Source of the DNA: Auanema rhodensis
Taxonomy: Eukaryota > Animalia > Nematoda
Direction: 5' to 3'
DNA: 64,000 nt
NCBI GenBank assembly: GCA_964057225.1
Contig: OZ059896.1
Coordinates: 21,824,001 to 21,888,000 of the forward strand
Below are positions 24,601 to 38,500 of the stretch, one piece after another; position 1 is the stretch's first letter, and every line of letters starts with the position of its first letter. The notes beneath the pieces are model-generated. The model saw only the letters and a program-made list of their open reading frames with translations, did no database searches and was not told the DNA's origin. Both the position numbers and the translations under genes were made by a program.

Positions 24601-27600
24601 TAAGTTCACACTTATATCCTCGATTTTCACCCTGAAGAATTAATTTTTTCGTTGAATAACATTGTCCATCGTCTTTGCCTTGAAAAAAGAAATCTAAAAA
24701 CATCTACTTTTCGCTAAATTATTTTGAAATTTTTCGAAAAAATTTTTGTCAAAATGTTTTTGGAAGCAATGTTGAGTGTACATGGAAACTCAACATACAC
24801 TAATGCATCATTTTTCAAACGATCATAACTAATTTTTGTATTAAGCGTTTCTCAATGTGATATAGTGCATTCGATGCGGATTTTTAAGCTGCGTCGATCT
24901 GTGTTATCAGATTTGCGCTAGCTTAAAAATGCACCAAGATATCAACTGATATAAGTGCACACTTATATCCTCGATTTTCACCCTGAAGAATTAATTTTCC
25001 GTTGAATAACATTGTCCATCGTCTTTGCCTTGAAAGAAGGAATCTAAAAACATCCACTTTTTGCTAAATTATTTCGAAATTTTTCGAAAAAATTTTTGTC
25101 AAAATGTTTTTGGAAGCAATGTTGAGTGTACATGGAAACTCAACATACACTAATGCATCATTTTTCAAACGATCATAACTAATTTTTGTATTAAGCGTTT
25201 CTCAATGTAGTATAGTGCATTCGATGCGGATTTTTAAGCTGCGTCGATCTGTGTTATCAGATTTGCGCTAGCTTAAAAATGCACCAAGATATCAACTGAT
25301 ATAAGTGAACACTTATATCCTCGATTTTCACCCTGAAGAATTAATTTTTTCGTTGAATAACATTGTCCATCGTCTTTGCCTTGAAAAAAGAAATCTAAAA
25401 ACATCTACTTTTTGCTAAATTATTTTGAAATTTTTCGAAAAAATTTTTGTCAAAATGTTTTTGGAAGCAATGTTGAGTGTACATGGAAACTCAACATACA
25501 CTAAGGCATCATTTTTCAAACGATCATAACTAATTTTTGTATTAAGCGTTTCTCAATGTAGTATAGTGCATTCGATGCGGATTTTTGAGCTGCGTCGATC
25601 TGTGTTATCAGATTTGCGCTAGCTTAAAAATGCACCGAGATATCAACTGATATAAGTTCACACTTATATCCTCGATTATCACCCTGAAGAATTAATTTTT
25701 TCGTTGAATAACATTGTCCATCGTCTTTGCCTTGAAAAAAGGAATCTAAAAACATCTACTTTTTGCTAAATTATTTTGAAATTTTTCGAAAAAATTTTTG
25801 TCAAAATGTTGTTGGAAGCAATGTTGAGTGTACATGGAAACTCAACATACACTAATGCATCATTTTTCAAACGATCATAACTAATTTTTGTATTAAGCGT
25901 TTCTCAATGTAGTAAAGTGCATTCGATGCGGATTTTTAAGCTGCGTCGATCTGTGTTATCAGATTTGCGCTAGCTTAAAAATGCACCGAGATATCAACTG
26001 ATATAAGTTCACACTTATATCCTCGATTTTCACCCTGAAGAATTAATTTTTTCGTTGAATAACATTGTCCATCGTCTTTGCCTTGAAAAAAGGAATCTAA
26101 AAACATCTACTTTTCGCTAAATTATTTTGAAATTTTTCGAAAAAATTTTTGTCAAAATGTTTTTGGAAGCAATGTTGAGTGTACATGGAAACTCAACATA
26201 CACTAATGCATCATTTTTCAAACGATCATAACTAATTTTTGTATTAAGCGTTTCTCAATGTGATATAGTGCATTCGATGCGGATTTTTAAGCTGCGTCGA
26301 TCTGTGTTATCAGATTTGCGCTAGCTTAAAAATGCACCGAGATATCAACTGATATAAGTTCACACTTATATCCTCGATTTTCACATTGAAGAACTAATTT
26401 TTTCGTTGAATAACATTGTCCATCGTCTCTGCCTTGAAAAAAGAAATCTAAAAACATCTACTTTTTGCTAAATTATTCTGGAATTTTTCGAAAAAATTTT
26501 TGTCAAAATGTTTTTGGAAGCAATGTTGAGTGTACATGAAAACTCAACATACACTAATGCATCATTTTTCAAACGATCATAACTAATTTTTGTATTAAAC
26601 GTTTCTCAATGTAGTATAGTGCATTCGATGCGGATTTCTAAGCTGCGTCGATCTGTGTTATCAGATTTGCGCTAGCTTAAAAATGCACCGAGATATCAAC
26701 TGATATAAGTTCACACTTATATCCTCGATTTTCACCCTGAAGAATTAATTTTTTCGTTGAATAACATTGTCCATCGTCTTTGCCTTGAAAAAAGGAATCT
26801 AAAAACATCTACTTTTCGCTAAATTATTTTGAAATTTTTCGAAAAAATTTTTGTCAAAATGTTTTTGGAAGCAATGTTGAGTGTACATGGAAACTCAACA
26901 TACACTAATGCATCATTTTTCAAACGATCATAACTAATTTTTGTATTAAGCGTTTCTCAATGTGATATAGTGCATTCGATGCGGATTTTTAAGCTGCGTC
27001 GATCTGTGTTATCAGATTTGCGCTAGCTTAAAAATGCACCGAGATATCAACTGATATAAGTTCACACTTATATCCTCGATTTTCACATTGAAGAACTAAT
27101 TTTTTCGTTGAATAACATTGTCCATCGTCTCTGCCTTGAAAAAAGAAATCTAAAAACATCTACTTTTTGCTAAATTATTCTGGAATTTTTCGAAAAAATT
27201 TTTGTCAAAATGTTTTTGGAAGCAATGTTGAGTGTACATGAAAACTCAACATACACTAATGCATCATTTTTCAAACGATCATAACTAATTTTTGTATTAA
27301 ACGTTTCTCAATGTAGTATAGTGCATTCGATGCGGATTTCTAAGCTGCGTCGATCTGTGTTATCAGATTTGCGCTAGCTTAAAAATGCACCGAGATATCA
27401 ACTGATATAAGTTCACACTTATATCCTCGATTTTCACCCTGAAGAATTAATTTTTTCGTTGAATAACATTGTCCATCGTCTTTGCCTTGAAAAAAGAAAT
27501 CTAAAAACATCTACTTTTCGCTAAATTATTTTGAAATTTTTCGAAAAAATTTTTGTCAAAATGTTTTTGGAAGCAATGTTGAGTGTACATGGAAACTCAA

Positions 27601-29828
27601 CATACACTAATGCATCATTTTTCAAACGATCATAACTAATTTTTGTATTAAGCGTTTCTCAATGTTATATAGTGCATTCGATGCGGATTTTTAAGCTGCG
27701 TCGATCTGTGTTATCAGATTTGCGCTAGCTTAAAAATGCACCAAGATATCAACTGATATAAGTGCACACTTATATCCTCGATTTTCACCCTGAAGAATTA
27801 ATTTTCCGTTGAATAACATTGTCCATCGTCTTTGCCTTGAAAAAAGGAATCTAAAAACATCCACTTTTTGCTAAATTATTTCGAAATTTTTCGAAAAAAT
27901 TTTTGTCAAAATGTTTTTGGAAGCAATGTTGAGTGTACATGGAAACTCAACATACACTAATGCATCATTTTTCAAACGATCATAACTAATTTTTGTATTA
28001 AGCGTTTCTCAATGTAGTATAGTGCATTCGATGCGGATTTTTAAGCTGCGTCGATCTGTGTTATCAGATTTGCGCTAGCTTAAAAATGCACCAAGATATC
28101 AACTGATATAAGTGAACACTTATATCCTCGATTTTCACCCTGAAGAATTAATTTTTTCGTTGAATAACATTGTCCATCGTCTTTGCCTTGAAAAAAGAAA
28201 TCTAAAAACATCTACTTTTTGCTAAATTATTTTGAAATTTTTCGAAAAAATTTTTGTCAAAATGTTTTTGGAAGCAATGTTGAGTGTACATGGAAACTCA
28301 ACATACACTAAGGCATCATTTTTCAAACGATCATAACTAATTTTTGTATTAAGCGTTTCTCAATGTAGTATAGTGCATTCGATGCGGATTTTTGAGCTGC
28401 GTCGATCTGTGTTATCAGATTTGCGCTAGCTTAAAAATGCACCGAGATATCAACTGATATAAGTTCACACTTATATCCTCGATTTTCACCCTGAAGAATT
28501 AATTTTTTCGTTGAATAACATTGTCCATCGTCTTTGCCTTGAAAAAAGGAATCTAAAAACATCTACTTTTTGCTAAATTATTTTGAAATTTTTCGAAAAA
28601 ATTTTTGTCAAAATGTTGTTGGAAGCAATGTTGAGTGTACATGGAAACTCAACATACACTAATGCATCATTTTTCAAACGATCATAACTAATTTTTGTAT
28701 TAAGCGTTTCTCAATGTAGTAAAGTGCATTCGATGCGGATTTTTAAGCTGCGTCGATCTGTGTTATCGGATTTGCGCTAGCTTAAAAATGCACCGAGATA
28801 TCAACTGATATAAGTTCACACTTATATCCTCGATTTTCACCCTGAAGAATTAATTTTTTCGTTGAATAACATTGTCCATCGTCTTTGCCTTGAAAAAAGG
28901 AATCTAAAAACATCTACTTTTTGCTAAATTATTTTGAAATTTTTCGAAAAAATTTTTGTCAAAATGTTTTTGGAAGCAATGTTGAGTGTACATGGAAACT
29001 CAACATACACTAATGCATCATTTTTCAAACGATCATAACTAATTTTTGTATTAAGCGTTTCTCAATGTGATATAGTGCATTCGATGCGGATTTTTAAGCT
29101 GCGTCGATCTGTGTTATCAGATTTGCGCTAGCTTAAAAATGCACCGAGATATCAACTGATATAAGTTCACACTTATATCCTCGATTTTCACATTGAAGAA
29201 CTAATTTTTTCGTTGAATAACATTGTCCATCGTCTCTGCCTTGAAAAAAGAAATCTAAAAACATCTACTTTTTGCTAAATTATTCTGGAATTTTTCGAAA
29301 AAATTTTTGTCAAAATGTTTTTGGAAGCAATGTTGAGTGTACATGAAAACTCAACATACACTAATGCATCATTTTTCAAACGATCATAACTAATTTTTGT
29401 ATTAAACGTTTCTCAATGTAGTATAGTGCATTCGATGCGGATTTCTAAGCTGCGTCGATCTGTGTTATCAGATTTGCGCTAGCTTAAAAATGCACCGAGA
29501 TATCAACTGATATAAGTTCACACTTATATCCTCGATTTTCACCCTGAAGAATTAATTTTTTCGTTGAATAACATTGTCCATCGTCTTTGCCTTGAAAAAA
29601 GAAATCTAAAAACATCTACTTTTCGCTAAATTATTTTGAAATTTTTCGAAAAAATTTTTGTCAAAATGTTTTTGGAAGCAATGTTGAGTGTACATGGAAA
29701 CTCAACATACACTAATGCATCATTTTTCAAACGATCATAACTAATTTTTGTATTAAGCGTTTCTCAATGTAGTAAAGTGCATTCGATGCGGATTTTTAAG
29801 CTGCGTCGATCTGTGTTATCAGATTTGC
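18601..29828. repeat. 8-monomer higher-order repeat (2807 bp), about four imperfect copies
   Basis: 350-bp monomers start at 19303, 22110, 24917 and 27724. The GTTGTTGG SNP lies at 20197/23004/25811/28618, TATATGCTC at 18653/21460/24267, GAAAGAAGG at 22229/25036 and GATTATCAC at 22871/25678. All spacings are 2807. Confidence 0.92.
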
Positions 29829-31329
29829 GCTAGCTTAAAAATGCACCGAGATATCAACTGATATAAGTTCACACTTATATCCTCGATTTTCACATTGAAG
29901 AACTAATTTTTTCGTTGAATAACATTGTCCATCGTCTCTGCCTTGAAAAAAGAAATCTAAAAACATCTACTTTTTGCTAAATTATTTTGGAATTTTTCGA
30001 AAAAATTTTTGTCAAAATGTTTTTGGAAGCAATGTTGAGTGTACATGGAAACTCAACATACACTAATGCATCATTTTTCAAACGATCATAACTAATTTTT
30101 GTATTAAACGTTTCTCAATGTAGTATAGTGCATTCGATGCGGATTTTTAAGCTGCGTCGATCTGTGTTATCAGATTTGCGCTAGCTTAAAAATGCACCGA
30201 GATATCAACTGATAAAAGTTCACACTTATATCCTCGATTTTCACATTGAAGAACTAATTTTTTCGTTGAATAACATTGTCCATCGTCTCTGCCTTGAAAA
30301 AAGAAATCTAAAAACATCTACTTTTTGCTAAATTATTCTGGAATTTTTCGAAAAAATTTTTGTCAAAATGTTTTTGGAAGCAATGTTGAGTGTACATGAA
30401 AACTCAACATACACTAATGCATCATTTTTCAAACGATCATAACTAATTTTTGTATTAAACGTTTCTCAATGTAGTATAGTGCATTCGATGCGGATTTCTA
30501 AGCTGCGTCGATCTGTGTTATCAGATTTGCGCTAGCTTAAAAATGCACCGAGATATCAACTGATATAAGTTCACACTTATATCCTCGATTTTCACCCTGA
30601 AGAATTAATTTTTTCGTTGAATAACATTGTCCATCGTCTTTGGCTTGAAAAAAGAAATCTAAAAACATCTACTTTTCGCTAAATTATTTTGAAATTTTTC
30701 GAAAAAATTTTTGTCAAAATGTTTTTGGAAGCAATGTTGAGTGTACATGGAAACTCAACATACACTAATGCATCATTTTTCAAACGATCATAACTAATTT
30801 TTGTATTAAGCGTTTCTCAATGTGATATAGTGCATTCGATGCGGATTTTTAAGCTGCGTCGATCTGTGTTATCAGATTTGCGCTAGCTTAAAAATGCACC
30901 AAGATATCAACTGATATAAGTGCACACTTATATCCTCGATTTTCACCCTGAAGAATTAATTTTTTCGTTGAATAACATTGTCCATCGTCTTTGCCTTGAA
31001 AAAAGAAATCTAAAAACATCTACTTTTTGCTAAATTATTTTGAAATTTTTCGAAAAAATTTTTGTCAAAATGTTTTTGGAAGCAATGTTGAGTGTACATG
31101 GAAACTCAACATACACTAAGGCATCATTTTTCAAACGATCATAACTAATTTTTGTATTAAGCGTTTCTCAATGTAGTATAGTGCATTCGATGCGGATTTT
31201 TGAGCTGCGTCGATCTGTGTTATCAGATTTGCGCTAGCTTAAAAATGCACCGAGATATCAACTGATATAAGTTCACACTTATATCCTCGATTTTCACCCT
31301 GAAGAATTAATTTTTTCGTTGAATAACAT

Positions 31330-34300
31330 TGTCCATCGTCTTTGCCTTGAAAAAAGAAATCTAAAAACATCTACTTTTTGCTAAATTATTTTGAAATTTT
31401 TCGAAAAAATTTTTGTCAAAATGTTTTTGGAAGCAATGTTGAGTGTACATGGAAACTCAACATACACTAATGCATCATTTTTCAAACGATCATAACTAAT
31501 TTTTGTATTAAGCGTTTCTCAATGTAATATAGTGCATTCGATGCGGATTTTTAAGCTGCGTCGATCTGTGTTATCAGATTTGCGCTAGCTTAAAAATGCA
31601 CCAAGATATCAACTGATATAAGTGCACACTTATATCCTCGATTTTCACCCTGAAGAATTAATTTTCCGTTGAATAACATTGTCCATCGTCTTTGCCTTGA
31701 AAAAAGGAATCTAAAAACATCCACTTTTTGCTAAATTATTTCGAAATTTTTCGAAAAAATTTTTGTCAAAATGTTTTTGGAAGCAATGTTGAGTGTACAT
31801 GGAAACTCAACATACACTAATGCATCATTTTTCAAACGATCATAACTAATTTTTGTATTAAGCGTTTCTCAATGTAGTATAGTGCATTCGATGCGGATTT
31901 TTAAGCTGCGTCGATCTGTGTTATCAGATTTGCGCTAGCTTAAAAATGCACCAAGATATCAACTGATATAAGTGCACACTTATATCCTCGATTTTTACCC
32001 TGAAGAATTAATTTTTTCGTTGAAAAACATTGTCCATCGTCTTTGCCTTGAAAAAAGGAATCTAAAAACATCCACTTTTTGATAAATTATTTTGAAATTT
32101 TTCGAAAAAATTTTTGTCAAAATGTTTTTGGAAGCAATGTTGAGTGTACATGGAAACTCAACATACACTAATGCATCATTTTTCAAACGATCATAACTAA
32201 TTTTTGTATTAAGCGTTTCTCAATGTAGTATAGTGCATTCGATGCGGATTTTTAAGCTGCGTCGATCTGTGTTATCAGATTTGCGCTAGCTTGAAAATGC
32301 ACCAAGATATCAACTGATATAAGTGCACACTTATATCCTCGATTTTCACCCTGAAGAATTAATTTTTTCGTTGAATAACATTGTCCATCGTCTTTGCCTT
32401 GAAAAAAGAAATTTAAAAACATCTACTTTTTGCTAAATTATTTTGAAATTTTTCGAAAAAATTTTTGTCAAAATGTTTTTGGAAGCAATGTTGAGTGTAC
32501 ATGGAAACTCAACATACACTAAGGCATCATTTTTCAAACGATCATAACTAATTCTTGTATTAAGCGTTTCTCAATGTAATATAGTGCATTCGATGCGGAT
32601 TTTTAAGCTGCGTCGATCTGTGTTATCAGATTTGCGCTAGCTTAAAAATGCACCAAGATATCAACTGATATAAGTGCACACTTATATCCTCGATTTTCAC
32701 CCTGAAGAATTAATTTTCCGTTGAATAACATTGTCCATCGTCTTTGCCTTGAAAAAAGGAATCTAAAAACATCCACTTTTTGCTAAATTATTTCGAAATT
32801 TTTCGAAAAAATTTTTGTCAAAATGTTTTTGGAAGCAATGTTGAGTGTACATGGAAACTCAACATACACTAATGCATCATTTTTCAAACGATCATAACTA
32901 ATTTTTGTATTAAGCGTTTCTCAATGTAGTATAGTGCATTCGATGCGGATTTTTAAGCTGCGTCGATCTGTGTTATCAGATTTGCGCTAGCTTAAAAATG
33001 CACCAAGATATCAACTGATATAAGTGCACACTTATATCCTCGATTTTTACCCTGAAGAATTAATTTTTTCGTTGAAAAACATTGTCCATCGTCTTTGCCT
33101 TGAAAAAAGGAATCTAAAAACATCCACTTTTTGATAAATTATTTTGAAATTTTTCGAAAAAATTTTTGTCAAAATGTTTTTGGAAGCAATGTTGAGTGTA
33201 CATGGAAACTCAACATACACTAATGCATCATTTTTCAAACGATCATAACTAATTTTTGTATTAAGCGTTTCTCAATGTAGTATAGTGCATTCGATGCGGA
33301 TTTTTAAGCTGCGTCGATCTGTGTTATCAGATTTGCGCTAGCTTGAAAATGCACCAAGATATCAACTGATATAAGTGCACACTTATATCCTCGATTTTCA
33401 CCCTGAAGAATTAATTTTTTCGTTGAATAACATTGTCCATTGTCTTTGCCTTGAAAAAAGAAATCTAAAAACATCTACTTTTTGCTAAATTATTTTGAAA
33501 TTTTTCGAAAAATTTTTTGTCAAAATGTTTTTGGAAGCAATGTTGAGTGTACATGAAAACTCAACATACACTAATGCATCATTTTTCAAACGATCATAAC
33601 TAATTTTTGTATTAAGCGTTTCTCAATGTAGTATAGTGCATTCGATGCGGATTTCTAAGCTGCGTCGATCTGTGTTATCAGATTTGCGCTAACTTAAAAA
33701 TGCACCGAGATATCAACTGATATAAGTTTACACTTATATCCTCGATTTTCACCCTGAAGAAATAATTTTTTCGTTGAATAACATTGTCCATCGTCTTTGC
33801 CTTGAACAAAGAAATCTAAAAACATCTACTTTTCGCTAAATTATTTTGAAATTTTTCGAAAAAATTTTTGTCAAAATGTTTTTGGAAGCAATGTTGAGTG
33901 TACATGGAAACTCAACATACACTAATGCATCATTTTTCAAACGATCATAACTAATTTTTGTATTAAACGTTTCTCAATGTAGTATAGTGCATTCGATGCG
34001 GATTTTTAAGCTGCGTCGATCTGTGTTATCAGATTTGCGCTAGCTTAAAAACGCACCGAGATATCAACTGATATAAGTTCACACTTATATCCTCGATTTT
34101 CACATTGAAGAACTAACTTTTTCGTTGAATAACATTGTCCATCGTCTCTGCCTTGAAAAAAGAAATCTAAAAACATCTACTTTTTGCTAAATTATTCTGG
34201 AATTTTTCGAAAAAATTTTTGTCAAAATGTTTTTGGAAGCAATGTTGAGTGTACATGAAAACTCAACATACACTAATGCATCATTTTTCAAACGATCATA

Positions 34301-37300
34301 ACTAATTTTTGTATTAAGCGTTTCTCAATGTAGTATAGTGCATTCGATGCGGATTTTTAAGCTGCGTCGATCTGTGTTATCAGATTTGCGCTAGCTTAAA
34401 AATGCACCAAGATATCAACTGATATAAGTGCACACTTATATCCTCGATTTTCACTCTGAAGAATTAATTTTTTCGTTGAATAACAATGTCCATCGTCTTT
34501 GCCTTGAAAAAAGGAATCTAAAAACATCTACTTTTTGCTAAATTATTTTGAATTTTTTCGAAAAAATTTTTGTCAAAATGTTTTTGGAAGCAATGTTGAG
34601 TGTACATGGAAACTCAACATACACTAATGCATCATTTTTCAAACGATCATAACTAATTTTTGTATTAAGCGTTTCTCAATGTGATATAGTGCATTCGATG
34701 CGGATTTTTAAGCTGCGTCGATCTGTGTTATCAGATTTGCGCTAGCTTAAAAATGCACCAAGATATCAACTGATATAAGTGCACACTTATATCCTCGATT
34801 TTCACCCTGAAGAATTAATTTTCCGTTGAATAACATTGTCCATCGTCTTTGCCTTGAAAAAAGAAATCTAAAAACATCTACTTTTTGCTAAATTATTTTG
34901 AAATTTTTCGAAAAAATTTTTGTCAAAATGTTTTTGGAAGCAATGTTGAGTGTACATGGAAACTCAACATACACTAATGCATCATTTTTCAAACGATCAT
35001 AACTAATTTTTGTATTAAGCGTTTCTCAATGTAATATAGTGCATTCGATGCGGATTTTTAAGCTGCGTCGATCTGTGTTATCAGATTTGCGCTAGCTTAA
35101 AAATGCACCAAGATATCAACTGATATAAGTGCACACTTATATCCTCGATTTTCACCCTGAAGAATTAATTTTCCGTTGAATAACATTGTCCATCGTCTTT
35201 GCCTTGAAAAAAGGAATCTAAAAACATCCACTTTTTGCTAAATTATTTCGAAATTTTTCGAAAAAATTTTTGTCAAAATGTTTTTGGAAGCAATGTTGAG
35301 TGTACATGGAAACTCAACATACACTAATGCATCATTTTTCAAACGATCATAACTAATTTTTGTATTAAGCGTTTCTCAATGTAGTATAGTGCATTCGATG
35401 CGGATTTTTAAGCTGCGTCGATCTGTGTTATCAGATTTGCGCTAGCTTAAAAATGCACCAAGATATCAACTGATATAAGTGCACACTTATATCCTCGATT
35501 TTTACCCTGAAGAATTAATTTTTTCGTTGAAAAACATTGTCCATCGTCTTTGCCTTGAAAAAAGGAATCTAAAAACATCCACTTTTTGATAAATTATTTT
35601 GAAATTTTTCGAAAAAATTTTTGTCAAAATGTTTTTGGAAGCAATGTTGAGTGTACATGGAAACTCAACATACACTAATGCATCATTTTTCAAACGATCA
35701 TAACTAATTTTTGTATTAAGCGTTTCTCAATGTAGTATAGTGCATTCGATGCGGATTTTTAAGCTGCGTCGATCTGTGTTATCAGATTTGCGCTAGCTTG
35801 AAAATGCACCAAGATATCAACTGATATAAGTGCACACTTATATCCTCGATTTTCACCCTGAAGAATTAATTTTTTCGTTGAATAACATTGTCCATCGTCT
35901 TTGCCTTGAAAAAAGAAATTTAAAAACATCTACTTTTTGCTAAATTATTTTGAAATTTTTCGAAAAAATTTTTGTCAAAATGTTTTTGGAAGCAATGTTG
36001 AGTGTACATGGAAACTCAACATACACTAAGGCATCATTTTTCAAACGATCATATCTAATTCTTGTATTAAGCGTTTCTCAATGTAATATAGTGCATTCGA
36101 TGCGGATTTTTAAGCTGCGTCGATCTGTGTTATCAGATTTGCGCTAGCTTAAAAATGCACCAAGATATCAACTGATATAAGTGTACACTTATATCCTCGA
36201 TTTTCACCCTGAAGAATTAATTTTCCGTTGAATAACATTGTCCATCGTCTTTGCCTTGAAAAAAGGAATCTAAAAACATCCACTTTTTGCTAAATTATTT
36301 CGAAATTTTTCGAAAAAATTTTTGTCAAAATGTTTTTGGAAGCAATGTTGAGTGTACATGGAAACTCAACATACACTAATGCATCATTTTTCAAACGATC
36401 ATAACTAATTTTTGTATTAAGCGTTTCTCAATGTAGTATAGTGCATTCGATGCGGATTTTTAAGCTGCGTCGATCTGTGTTATCAGATTTGCGCTAGCTT
36501 AAAAATGCACCAAGATATCAACTGATATAAGTGCACACTTATATCCTCGATTTTTACCCTGAAGAATTAATTTTTTCGTTGAAAAACATTGTCCATCGTC
36601 TTTGCCTTGAAAAAAGGAATCTAAAAACATCCACTTTTTGATAAATTATTTTGAAATTTTTCGAAAAAATTTTTGTCAAAATGTTTTTGGAAGCAATGTT
36701 GAGTGTACATGGAAACTCAACATACACTAATGCATCATTTTTCGAACGATCATAACTAATTTTTGTATTAAGCGTTTCTCAATGTAGTATAGTGCATTCG
36801 ATGCGGATTTTTAAGCTGCGTCGATCTGTGTTATCAGATTTGCGCTAGCTTGAAAATGCACCAAGATATCAACTGATATAAGTGCACACTTATATCCTCG
36901 ATTTTCACCCTGAAGAATTAATTTTTTCGTTGAATAACATTGTCCATTGTCTTTGCCTTGAAAAAAGAAATCTAAAAACATCTACTTTTTGCTAAATTAT
37001 TTTGAAATTTTTCGAAAAAATTTTTGTCAAAATGTTTTTGGAAGCAATGTTGAGTGTACATGAAAACTCAACATACACTAATGCATCATTTTTCAAACGA
37101 TCATAACTAATTTTTGTATTAAGCGTTTCTCAATGTAGTATAGTGCATTCGATGCGGATTTCTAAGCTGCGTCGATCTGTGTTATCAGATTTGCGCTAAC
37201 TTAAAAATGCACCGAGATATCAACTGATATAAGTTTACACTTATATCCTCGATTTTCACCCTGAAGAAATAATTTTTTCGTTGAATAACATTGTCCATCG

Positions 37301-38500
37301 TCTTTGCCTTGAACAAAGAAATCTAAAAACATCTACTTTTCGCTAAATTATTTTGAAATTTTTCGAAAAAATTTTTGTCAAAATGTTTTTGGAAGCAATG
37401 TTGAGTGTACATGGAAACTCAACATACACTAATGCATCATTTTTCAAACGATCATAACTAATTTTTGTATTAAACGTTTCTCAATGTAGTATAGTGCATT
37501 CGATGCGGATTTTTAAGCTGCGTCGATCTGTGTTATCAGATTTGCGCTAGCTTAAAAACGCACCGAGATATCAACTGATATAAGTTCACACTTATATCCT
37601 CGATTTTCACATTGAAGAACTAACTTTTTCGTTGAATAACATTGTCCATCGTCTCTGCCTTGAAAAAAGAAATCTAAAAACATCTACTTTTTGCTAAATT
37701 ATTCTGGAATTTTTCGAAAAAATTTTTGTCAAAATGTTTTTGGAAGCAATGTTGAGTGTACATGAAAACTCAACATACACTAATGCATCATTTTTCAAAC
37801 GATCATAACTAATTTTTGTATTAAGCGTTTCTCAATGTAGTATAGTGCATTCGATGCGGATTTTTAAGCTGCGTCGATCTGTGTTATCAGATTTGCGCTA
37901 GCTTAAAAATGCACCAAGATATCAACTGATATAAGTGCACACTTATATCCTCGATTTTCACCCTGAAGAATTAATTTTCCGTTGAATAACATTGTCCATC
38001 GTCTTTGCCTTGAAAAAAGGAATCTAAAAACATCCACTTTTTGCTAAATTATTTCGAAATTTTTCGAAAAAATTTTTGTCAAAATGTTTTTGGAAGCAAT
38101 GTTGAGTGTACATGGAAACTCAACATACACTAATGCATCATTTTTCAAACGATCATAACTAATTTTTGTATTAAGCGTTTCTCAATGTGATATAGTGCAT
38201 TCGATGCGGATTTTTAAGCTGCGTCGATCTGTGTTATCAGATTTGCGCTAGCTTAAAAATGCACCAAGATATCAACTGATATAAGTGCACACTTATATCC
38301 TCGATTTTCACCCTGAAGAATTAATTTTCCGTTGAATAACATTGTCCATCGTCTTTGCCTTGAAAAAAGAAATCTAAAAACATCTACTTTTTGCTAAATT
38401 ATTTTGAAATTTTTCGAAAAAATTTTTGTCAAAATGTTTTTGGAAGCAATGTTGAGTGTACATGGAAACTCAACATACACTAATGCATCATTTTTCAAAC
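31330..38500. repeat. 10-monomer higher-order repeat (3507 bp), two copies, each with an internal 3-monomer (1052 bp) duplication; boundaries approximate
   Basis: SNP pairs at +3507: 31527/35034, 33692/37199 (GCTAAC), 33807/37314 (GAACAAA), 34117/37624. A distinctive monomer (TTTTTACCC, GTTGAAAAAC, TTTGATAAA) starts at 31934, 32986, 35441 and 36493. Confidence 0.9.

Noticed and set aside
31995-32186. 63-aa minus-strand ORF (also at 33047-33238 and 35502-35693)
   Set aside because: It lies wholly within satellite monomers and starts at TTG. It exists only because the GCT>GAT variant removes a TAG. The fourth sister monomer (36493) loses the start through an A>G change. No recognisable protein features.
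35950-36147. 65-aa plus-strand ORF
   Set aside because: It has a TTG start and is created by a singleton A>T at 36054 that removes the TAA present in the other monomers.
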